Below are positions 17,506 through 25,188 of a stretch of 25,188 nucleotides of DNA, piece after piece. Within the stretch, counting starts at the first letter, position 1, and the number at the start of each line of letters is the position of its first letter. Under the pieces are notes generated by a model. It did no database searches. It worked only from the letters and a program-made list of their open reading frames with translations, and had not been told where the DNA came from. The DNA lies in assembly GCA_019057635.1 (NCBI GenBank), contig DXJL01000166.1:1-25188 (forward strand), in the 5' to 3' direction. The position numbers and the translations under genes are program-made. This DNA comes from Candidatus Heimdallarchaeota archaeon (lineage in GTDB: Archaea; Asgardarchaeota; Heimdallarchaeia; Hodarchaeales; Hodarchaeaceae).

Positions 17506-18948
17506 GTGGAAATAATCGAAGATGTGTTAGAATATGCAGTGAATGAGGGTGAAAAAGCAGGTGCCGATTTTGTTGAAGCTCGATTCGAGGATCTGAAGTT
17601 ACAGACTTTAATCCGCGAAAAGGAAACCATGAAGGACGTTTTAAGCTCCCGTCGACGAGGAATCGGGATAACAACATATTATAAGGGAGTACAAGGCTTT
17701 TCCTATACAGCCGCACTTTCACAACCTGATGTGAAGGAGACTGTACTTAGAGCAGTGAAAATTGCCAAGGTATCTGAACCAACGGCGAGACTTCGATTAC
17801 CCTTCGAAAAAGATGGAAAACTACCGGATTTACGGACTCCTCTTGAATTCAAAGTCAATAAACATCCGATAAAGTACGACTTAGCTTACAAAAAAGACTT
17901 AGTGGATAGAGCATCGAGTACCGTGCTATCATTTGATACTCCCAAAGCCAACTCAATCATCGGCCGCTATGGTGAATTAAGTGGAATTAAAATGCTCTAT
18001 ACCTCAGAAAATCGGTTGGTTAGCTACAAACCGATAATTACTGATCTTAGAATGACTGTTATTGTCAAAGATCCGAAAACAGGAGAATTACTTAGAGCAG
18101 GAGATGGGCATGGTGGGGCTTACGGACTAGATAGGTGGGAACAGAAAGGAAGAACACCTGAAGAAATAGGAACAAATGCATATAATTGGGCTGTAGAGAA
18201 ATGTGATGCGAAAAAACCTCCTGCAGGAAAACATCGTGTGCTTACTGATCCGGAACTAACAGCTGTACTTGCACACGAATCTTTTGGCCACTTAACGGAA
18301 GCAGATGGGGTAGTAGAAAAATCGAGTCCACTAACAGGCAAGATTGGTCAAAAAATTGCAAATAATAATATCAATGTTATCGATATTGGAGTAAATCCAG
18401 GCGATGGTGGTCTTTGGTTACCGTATGATGACCAAGGAGTTCCTACAGCAGATACAAGTCTCGTTGAAGAAGGTGTGCTTAAATCATACCTGCATAACAG
18501 AGGAACAGAGCATGCATTACCAGATTCGGGTGGCCTTAGTGGAAACGCTCGCGCATTAACCTATCGATTTTCTCCCATTCCCCGAATGAAAAATACAATT
18601 TTCCTTCCTGGTGAAGTGAAAACTGAGGAAGAAATGTTAGAGCTACTTGGAACAGGTATTTATTCGATTGATACCTCTGGCGGCTCTGTATCAATGTCCA
18701 ACTTTCAATTTTTTGCACTTCGAGGCTACTGGGTTGAAAACGGTGAGAAAAAATATCCGCTTCGTGATCACCTCTTAACTGGAAATATCTTGCAGTGTCT
18801 CTTACAGGTCGAAGCGTTGAGTCAAGAGACAGTTTTATTGTCAGGATATTTCGGAGGTTGTGGTAAAGGAGGACAAAATGGTTTGTCTGTTGGAATGGGT
18901 GCTCCTCACATGCTTTTTTCAGAAATTCAAGTCGGAGGAGAGACTTGA
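17506..18948 (+). CDS. tldD: TldD metalloprotease subunit
   Basis: GADFVEARFE N-terminus, HExxxH motif AHESFGHLTEAD, YDDQGVP, GNARA..YRFSPIPRMKNT and C-terminal GCGKGGQ..VGMGAPH with the metal-ligand Cys. Confidence 0.93.
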   Translation: MEIIEDVLEYAVNEGEKAGADFVEARFEDLKLQTLIREKETMKDVLSSRRRGIGITTYYKGVQGFSYTAALSQPDVKETVLRAVKIAKVSEPTARLRLPFEKDGKLPDLRTPLEFKVNKHPIKYDLAYKKDLVDRASSTVLSFDTPKANSIIGRYGELSGIKMLYTSENRLVSYKPIITDLRMTVIVKDPKTGELLRAGDGHGGAYGLDRWEQKGRTPEEIGTNAYNWAVEKCDAKKPPAGKHRVLTDPELTAVLAHESFGHLTEADGVVEKSSPLTGKIGQKIANNNINVIDIGVNPGDGGLWLPYDDQGVPTADTSLVEEGVLKSYLHNRGTEHALPDSGGLSGNARALTYRFSPIPRMKNTIFLPGEVKTEEEMLELLGTGIYSIDTSGGSVSMSNFQFFALRGYWVENGEKKYPLRDHLLTGNILQCLLQVEALSQETVLLSGYFGGCGKGGQNGLSVGMGAPHMLFSEIQVGGET

Positions 18949-18965
18949 ACCTCGGATGTGATTAT

Positions 18966-20357
18966 ATGGGAAAAGTCGAATTTGAAAATATTAAAGGGTA
19001 TCTACAGGGGCTCGCTGATGATTCAATAAAATACGGAGTAGCGAAATACCCAGGAATGGAAATAGAATCCTACCTTACATATGGGTATGAAAGTGAAATC
19101 AGCATCGAAGGTGGACTCCCTAAGGCTGTTGATGGATTTGGTGGAGGAATCGGAGTTCGAGTTGCGGATAAAAAATGCGTTGGTTTTGCTTCTTTTTCGG
19201 GATTGACAAAAGAAGGGCTATCGGCTACAGTAGATGATGCTGTGGCGACAATGAGGGCGATAAATGCCGCCGATGAGAAATTTCAAGGATTTGCTGATCC
19301 TATAAAACGTCATTCTACTGATGGAGATTTTTACAAGCCCATACTTGATTTAACCTCTGTTGAACTTATTCAAATGGTAAATCAGATTACAACTGAAGCA
19401 CGAGAAGTCGATAAACGTGTAGCAACCATTGTGGGAAACACAGGACTAGCCTATGGTGGTTTTGCAGTAGCTAATAGTCGTGGAATCAATAATGCAAGTA
19501 CTTCTGTAGCGTCATTCATTGTAATTCAATGTATTGCCCAGGAACCTGGTTCTGATAAGCGAAAAATTGGGTTTGAATTTGATGTGAGTCGATCACGTGC
19601 ACTAAAGTGGGATGGTTTAGCTGAAAAAGCAGCGACTCACGCAGTAAATCTCTTGGAGACAAAGAAGCTAGACAAATCAACACAATTACCAACGGTTTGG
19701 GAACCTCGAATTAGTTCGACATACATTCTCAGTAGTCTTTCGCCTGCATTAAATGGACGGATGGTAGTAGAAGGACGTTCACGTTTTGCCGATCGAATTG
19801 GTGAGGACATCACACTTAAAGAATTCTCATTATATGACGATGGCCAAATTCCCGAAGGACTTGGTACGTCAGCGTTTGATGCGGAAGGAATTCCAACGCA
19901 AAGAACATCCTTGATTGAAAAAGACGTTTTGAAAAACTTCCTGTTTGATTCTTATTACTCGCGAGTATTTGGAACAGAAAGCACAGCAAATGCTTCACGT
20001 GGAGGACAGGGCTTTACTTCAACTCCCCAGATAGGAGTGACGACATTAATTGTACCAGAAGGATCTACGGATGTTGATTCAGCAATAAGTGAGATTTCTG
20101 AAGGTATTTTTATGCAAGATTATGTGATGGGACTAGGCCACTCTGATCCAATTAGTGGTGATTTTTCAGCCGTTGCTCCCCAATCTCTCTATATCAAAGA
20201 TGGTGAAATCTCGGGGTCACTTGATCCTGTTACAATTGGAGGAAATTTCTATATAGGACTGAATGAGATTCGTCATCTGTGTACAGATGCAATACTGACT
20301 CCGTGGAATATTAAAATACCTACTGTAGTCATTGATGGGTTTACCGTATCAGGGTAA
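18966..20357 (+). CDS. pmbA: PmbA/TldE non-catalytic partner subunit
   Basis: GIGVRV, AVANSRG, FDAEGIPTQRTSLIEKDVLKNFLFD, STANASRG, DPISGDFS and TIGGNF; no HExxH; directly follows tldD. ATG 18966 preferred over TTG 18945. Confidence 0.9.
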   Translation: MGKVEFENIKGYLQGLADDSIKYGVAKYPGMEIESYLTYGYESEISIEGGLPKAVDGFGGGIGVRVADKKCVGFASFSGLTKEGLSATVDDAVATMRAINAADEKFQGFADPIKRHSTDGDFYKPILDLTSVELIQMVNQITTEAREVDKRVATIVGNTGLAYGGFAVANSRGINNASTSVASFIVIQCIAQEPGSDKRKIGFEFDVSRSRALKWDGLAEKAATHAVNLLETKKLDKSTQLPTVWEPRISSTYILSSLSPALNGRMVVEGRSRFADRIGEDITLKEFSLYDDGQIPEGLGTSAFDAEGIPTQRTSLIEKDVLKNFLFDSYYSRVFGTESTANASRGGQGFTSTPQIGVTTLIVPEGSTDVDSAISEISEGIFMQDYVMGLGHSDPISGDFSAVAPQSLYIKDGEISGSLDPVTIGGNFYIGLNEIRHLCTDAILTPWNIKIPTVVIDGFTVSG

Positions 20358-20360
20358 ACC

Positions 20361-20381
20361 ATCTTCTTCTTTTTCTTTTTG
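20361..20381 (+). terminator. Pyrimidine/T-tract terminator after tldD-pmbA
   Basis: TCTTCTTCTTTTTCTTTTT directly after the stop, between convergent genes. Confidence 0.55.
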
Positions 20382-20393
20382 ATTGTAATGTAA

Positions 20394-20786
20394 TTAATTC
20401 TCATCCTCCCCATGATCTCCAAATCCTGTTCCCTGAGTGCGATAATCAGGACGTGGAGGACTGAAGACATCTAGAATTACCGCGGGCTGATCAATTGTTC
20501 GTACACTATGCCATACATTACTCGGGGTATGCCAGAAATCGCCTACTTGCATTTCTACCTCCTTTTGATCCTGATTTCGGATACATTTTCCTTCTAAAAG
20601 AATTCCCCATTGTTCCTCAGGATGTTGATGCACCTCCCCCTTGGTATGTGGGGCCAGATGGACAAACGAAAGCATAGATTGATTACCAACAAAGATTCGG
20701 GTCATAATACCTTCGCTCAAATGTCGCACGATAGCTTTGTCATCCTTTTTTCGGTTGAATACCCATTTTATTTGATTTTTGTTCAT
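20394..20786 (-). CDS. Cupin domain protein (Cupin_2/KdgF-like)
   Basis: Motif 1 HQHPEEQWGILLEG, motif 2 GDFWHTPSNVWHSV, C-terminal LDVFSPPRPDY. Confidence 0.9.
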   Translation of the reverse strand: MNKNQIKWVFNRKKDDKAIVRHLSEGIMTRIFVGNQSMLSFVHLAPHTKGEVHQHPEEQWGILLEGKCIRNQDQKEVEMQVGDFWHTPSNVWHSVRTIDQPAVILDVFSPPRPDYRTQGTGFGDHGEDEN

Positions 20787-20906
20787 AGTTTTAACTTCTG
20801 ATCGAAAGAACTATATACGATTATCGGAAGGAGGAAGACCTATGCGTTTTTTATGCAAAAAATCATAGGTATAATCTGATCCTGTAACATTTAGAGGGAT
20901 AAAAAT

Positions 20907-22751
20907 CTAATGAGTTGCAGTAATCACAGGTTTTTCTTCAAGTTTCAATTCTTGGAGAGATCCTTGGTGAGCATAGTACGTAAAATATAGTTTTCTATAC
21001 GGCCCCTTCCTAGCTATCAATTCTGTGTGAGTTCCTTGATCCACAATCTTTCCCTCATCAAGTACGAGTATTCTGTCAGCATTTAAGATAGTACTTAATC
21101 TATGAGCGATAACAATTGTAGTACGATTTGAGAAGACAGTTTTTAGTGCTTTTTGAATCATATACTCCGTATACGCATCTACAGAAGCAGTCGCTTCATC
21201 AAGTAAAAGAATTCGTGGATCTTTTAAGAGGATGCGAGCTAAAGAGAGCAGTTGTCTTTGACCCTGAGATAAACCACGTCCTCGTTCACGAATAGGAGTA
21301 TCCAGTCCTTTTGGTAATAATTTAATGAATGAATCGGCATTCACGGCATGTAATGCCCACTGAAGTTGATCTTCTGAAGCAGTTGGTGAACCTAGCATGA
21401 TATTTTCTCGGATTGTCCCTGAAAAAAGGAAGGGTTCTTGGAGGACAAAACCAATTTGATCTCGTACACTATCTGCTTCTAAATTTTTAAGACACCATTT
21501 TCCATTTAACACAATTTCTCCATCGGTATATTCATAAAACCGTGCAAGAAGAGAAGCAATGGTTGTTTTCCCTGCTCCTGTGGGACCAACAATAGCTAGT
21601 GTTTGACCAGCAGGAATTTGTAGATCGAAATTTGTCAAAATAGGTTCTCCCTTTTTATACTCAAAATTAACATTTTGAAAGTCGATTTCTCCTGTAAGAG
21701 GAGGGCAAGGTAATTGATCTTGTGAATACATACTAAGGGGAACATCCATTAGTGAAAATATTCTTTCTCCAGCAGCAAATCCTCCTTGTAATGTTGCATA
21801 AAAGGTTGATAAAGCAATGAGAGGTTGAAACAATCTCCTTAAATACGTGATAAAGAGATAAAGTAAACTTGCTGTTAATGCACCCGACAGAATGGAATTA
21901 CCTCCCGCAAGAAGAAGAATAAAAAGGCCAATTGCCGCAATCAAGTCAAATAATGGGCCAACGACTCGAAAAAGTGTTGCTTGACGAATATTTATTCTAA
22001 CCTTTTCTTTTTGAAGTTTTCCAAAATTATCGAGTACTGATTTTTCTTGACCAAATGATTTTGTGATTTGGATGCCAGATATCTGTTCCTCTACAAATGA
22101 ATTAAGCGTTGCCTCTGCACGTCTTTGTAGTAGTGAGGCTTTTCGAAAGACAGAGCGAAACGCATAGATGGTTCCAAACAAGATCGGAAATATAATTAAC
22201 GAAATCAGGGTTAATTGCCACTGCAACAGAAGCATGGTACCTAAAATTAGCGTGGCACGTAGAATAACTGATCCTAGATCCATCATGGAGGTCAAGACTC
22301 CTCCCAGCTGAAAAGTATCACCAGATATTCTAGACATGATTTTTCCTGTTTTATTTTGATCAAAAAATGCTATTTCATGCTTATTGACTCTAGAAAAAAT
22401 ATCTCGTCTTAAATCATAAGTTACATGGGATTGTAACTTCTGACTATTGACAGTGGATATATATGTTAGTATCCACTCAAGAGTGAGAAGAACCAAATAC
22501 CCGACTGTAGCTAAAATAATAATCGTTAAATTTCTATCCTCTGGCGATTTAAAGAGTTGATCTAGCCCCACTGCTAATCCTAATGGTACAATAATTGAAA
22601 CCAGTGCACTTAATAGAGAAAAAATGAGAACTAAAGTCAAATATCGTCGGTGATTTCCTAAGTATGGTAATACACGACGAATAATTTGCCGTTCGGAATA
22701 TTGCTTATCCCATTTTGCTGCATTCAGCGCCCCATACAAATGCCAGGCCAT
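20907..22751 (-). CDS. ABC exporter half-transporter (MdlB/TM288-like; TMD plus NBD)
   Basis: Six-TM domain, GPTGAGKTT, LSQGQRQLLSLAR, LLDEATASVD, IAHRLST. Confidence 0.95.
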   Translation of the reverse strand: MAWHLYGALNAAKWDKQYSERQIIRRVLPYLGNHRRYLTLVLIFSLLSALVSIIVPLGLAVGLDQLFKSPEDRNLTIIILATVGYLVLLTLEWILTYISTVNSQKLQSHVTYDLRRDIFSRVNKHEIAFFDQNKTGKIMSRISGDTFQLGGVLTSMMDLGSVILRATLILGTMLLLQWQLTLISLIIFPILFGTIYAFRSVFRKASLLQRRAEATLNSFVEEQISGIQITKSFGQEKSVLDNFGKLQKEKVRINIRQATLFRVVGPLFDLIAAIGLFILLLAGGNSILSGALTASLLYLFITYLRRLFQPLIALSTFYATLQGGFAAGERIFSLMDVPLSMYSQDQLPCPPLTGEIDFQNVNFEYKKGEPILTNFDLQIPAGQTLAIVGPTGAGKTTIASLLARFYEYTDGEIVLNGKWCLKNLEADSVRDQIGFVLQEPFLFSGTIRENIMLGSPTASEDQLQWALHAVNADSFIKLLPKGLDTPIRERGRGLSQGQRQLLSLARILLKDPRILLLDEATASVDAYTEYMIQKALKTVFSNRTTIVIAHRLSTILNADRILVLDEGKIVDQGTHTELIARKGPYRKLYFTYYAHQGSLQELKLEEKPVITATH

Positions 22752-24560
22752 TTAGATAGCCTCCTCTGAACTAAGTATTTCTTCAGGAATTGGAGGTAAA
22801 TTCTCAAATTGTCGAAACATGTCTGCATAGTCTGCATTACGGGTATATAACGCATCATGTGTGCCTATATCTTGAATTTGTCCGCCATTCATCAGAACTA
22901 CAACGTCAGCTTTTCTTAGTACAGATAATCGGTGGGTAACAATTATGGTCGTTCGGGATTCAAGTAAATTCCCGATCGCACTTTGAATTTTTGCCTCAGT
23001 ATACGCATCAATGGCGGATGTTGAATCATCCATGATTAGAATGGGGGGATTGATAATGAATGCACGAGCAATGGCCAATCGTTGTCGTTGTCCCCCTGAT
23101 AATGTAATTCCTCGTTCTCCGATGACCGTGTCGTATCCCTTGGGTAATTTCGATACAAAACTGTGAATTTGGGCAGACTTAGCCACCTGAATCATAGTTT
23201 CGGTTAAGTTTGCTTCATCATCATTACTTCCAAAAAGAATATTTTCCTTTATACTAGCAGAAAAGAGGAAAATTTCTTGTTCAATCACTCCAATTTGCTT
23301 TCTTAGTTCCTCAATTGGGTAATCCTTAATATTTACCTCGTCAATGTATATTTTGCCACTACTGGGGTCATACAATCTATGAATTAATTTTTGGAGAGTC
23401 GTTTTCCCACATCCAGTATGGCCGATAATTGCAACCGTTTGGCCAGGGGCAATTGTAAGATTAATATTTTGTAGTACATCCGGCCCTTCTGGATTATAAC
23501 GAAATGATACATCTTTAAACTGAATTTTTCCACGTATTTGCTCAACTGGATGATCCCCCTCTTCAAGTAGTTGTTGCTCAGCAATGACTGAATAAACTCT
23601 CTTCCCACCAGCAAATCCCATTGATCCGAGGAAAATAGTGAACCGGATGAACTGATTAGGTGTCTGAAGCAAAAGAACAAGACTGTTAAAGGCAATAACT
23701 GTTCCTGCGCTCATATCCCCTAGATAAACAAAATAACTACCCAAGACAAATAGAACACCCATGGCAAAATATATGATAAGAGTGGGAAAATAACGTGCTG
23801 ATATTATTCCCCTCTCTATGAGAATTTCACGAACCTCTTTCAGATCTGAATCATATTTATCAAACTCACTCTGCCGATTGGATAGAGTCCGAAGTGCGCG
23901 GATCCCTGCAAGATTTTCTTGCAGAGTGGCCTGCCATTGGGCAAATAATGCTTGACGTCGAATGGATACAGGACCAAGATTTTTACCGTAAATAACAATT
24001 GTCAAGGCAATGAATGGCACGAAGAGTAGAAACACAAAGAATAAGAATGGATCTAATGAATACATAGCAATCAAGCTGCCTACAGTCGTGGCAATAGCAA
24101 GTCCAAACATAAGAATTGAAAGGAGCATCCAGGAAAGTTGTCGAGAGTCGCTAGTTGCCATGGCTAGAAGTTCTCCAGTTCGGGCACTATCATGAAATGA
24201 CATAGATTTTGAGTGCATAGATTCGAAAAATTCATTCTGGACGTCTTTAACAACTTCTTCAGAAAACCACGCATTTACCCATGATCCGAATGACGATGCC
24301 AAGAAATTGAGAACATAGAGTAAGAGAAAAATTGCACTAGTTGCAAATATCGTATCGAAATTGCTATTGATTGCTTCATCAAAGAAGAATTGTAAAATAA
24401 AGGGAATAATAATGGAAAAAGCTGTTCCAAGAAACATTAACAGAAATCCGAAAAAGAACAAATATTTATGTTTTAGGAGATGGCCAAGGATCCAAGTAAT
24501 GAAATTTCTATAATATCTGGAATGCAGATAAGTACTGGTTTTATACGTAGATTGACTCAT
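22752..24560 (-). CDS. ABC exporter half-transporter (MdlA/TM287-like; TMD plus NBD)
   Basis: GHTGCGKTT, LSGGQRQRLAIAR, IMDDSTSAID, VTHRLS. Its TAA abuts the partner's ATG. ATG 24560 (MSQST...) preferred over TTG 24653; start uncertain. Confidence 0.93.
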   Translation of the reverse strand: MSQSTYKTSTYLHSRYYRNFITWILGHLLKHKYLFFFGFLLMFLGTAFSIIIPFILQFFFDEAINSNFDTIFATSAIFLLLYVLNFLASSFGSWVNAWFSEEVVKDVQNEFFESMHSKSMSFHDSARTGELLAMATSDSRQLSWMLLSILMFGLAIATTVGSLIAMYSLDPFLFFVFLLFVPFIALTIVIYGKNLGPVSIRRQALFAQWQATLQENLAGIRALRTLSNRQSEFDKYDSDLKEVREILIERGIISARYFPTLIIYFAMGVLFVLGSYFVYLGDMSAGTVIAFNSLVLLLQTPNQFIRFTIFLGSMGFAGGKRVYSVIAEQQLLEEGDHPVEQIRGKIQFKDVSFRYNPEGPDVLQNINLTIAPGQTVAIIGHTGCGKTTLQKLIHRLYDPSSGKIYIDEVNIKDYPIEELRKQIGVIEQEIFLFSASIKENILFGSNDDEANLTETMIQVAKSAQIHSFVSKLPKGYDTVIGERGITLSGGQRQRLAIARAFIINPPILIMDDSTSAIDAYTEAKIQSAIGNLLESRTTIIVTHRLSVLRKADVVVLMNGGQIQDIGTHDALYTRNADYADMFRQFENLPPIPEEILSSEEAI

Positions 24561-24926
24561 GTTTCGACGTCCTGTTCTATAAAATACTGGTACTAAAGAA
24601 TTATGTTTAAAAATATCAACATTCGGAGGTCTGTCCTCCCAAACGAGTGACAAGTAGTGAATTTAAAAGAGACTTAACAATTATTATGTTCTCAGTATCG
24701 CAATTGTATTATCTATATTGGGGACAGAATTTCTTCCTTTTATTCTTGGTATAATTGTTTCAGTTCAGAATCAGATATTTGTTCAAGAGAATCTCGAAAA
24801 AACTTTTTCTCTCCCCATTATGTAATTGACGATTTTACTAATTTATAAAAATGTTAGTTCTATCCCTAAATTTATTTATTGATTGGCTGGTTGACATATA
24901 CATTACTGATTTTTGGAGAAGTTATA

Positions 24927-25188
24927 ATGGAAATTTCTAAGCTTATTGAAATGGTGGAAATAGAAAGGTTATATACCCACGTACGGGTTCTTGAAGGAAT
25001 AAAACATCCACTAGATAGCTATATTGCACTGATTCAGGGAGCAGAATATATAGAAAACTCTTTCCGTGATTTTGGGCTTGATGTGAAAAAGCATTGGACC
25101 ATTGGGCGTGGCTATATGCTTTATTGGGTAAAACTCGTGCCAATTCCCCTTATCGTCGGCATAGCTCCGCTGCCTTTTAACAATCCCA
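24927..25188 (+). CDS. Probable M28 family peptidase N-terminus, truncated (missing from the ORF track)
   Basis: GGAG SD then ATG 24927: MEISKLIEMVEIERLYTHVRVLEGIKHPLDSYIALIQGAEYIENSFRDFGLDVKKHW. This matches the N-terminal helices of M28 aminopeptidase-like proteins. The frame stays open to the window end but the resemblance stops at about 25097. Confidence 0.6.
   Translation, partial: MEISKLIEMVEIERLYTHVRVLEGIKHPLDSYIALIQGAEYIENSFRDFGLDVKKHWTIGRGYMLYWVKLVPIPLIVGIAPLPFNNP

Noticed and set aside
16354-25188. Prenyltransferase-like gene, tldD/pmbA, cupin, ABC exporter pair and peptidase as a RiPP (microcin-like) biosynthetic cluster
   Set aside because: No precursor peptide, YcaO, radical SAM or other maturase is visible. 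Orientations are mixed, and TldD/PmbA pairs are common housekeeping genes in archaea.

Overview
AT-rich, gene-dense archaeal chromosomal window. It has GGTGA Shine-Dalgarno sites, many GTG/TTG starts, TATA/BRE-like promoters and T-tract terminators. The gene set (a PCI-like domain protein, TPR protein, TIGR00341/DUF389, DUF47, TldD/PmbA) suggests an Asgard archaeon, probably Heimdallarchaeia-like; this is inference, not verified. About 22 CDSs are present: a 5'-truncated M24 peptidase, TPR, DinB, acyl-CoA dehydrogenase, a 771-aa multidomain protein, DUF389, an ABC importer operon (fused permease, two ATPases, DUF47, no binding protein), Lrp/AsnC, four uncharacterised proteins with membrane-associated features, a prenyltransferase-repeat-like protein, tldD-pmbA, cupin, a heterodimeric ABC exporter pair and a 3'-truncated M28-like gene. 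No rRNA, tRNA, CRISPR or transposase was recognised. The two most interesting signals are (1) an apparently catalytically degenerate CofD-like domain fused through an acidic linker and helical region to a C-terminal PCI-type winged helix, and (2) a block of four unknown genes (12785-16346) carrying a MinD-type membrane-targeting helix plus a roadblock/longin-like domain, a claudin-like tetraspan topology, a C2-like domain and a long hydrophobic hairpin protein. All domain calls are by-eye motif comparisons and need HMM or structure confirmation.
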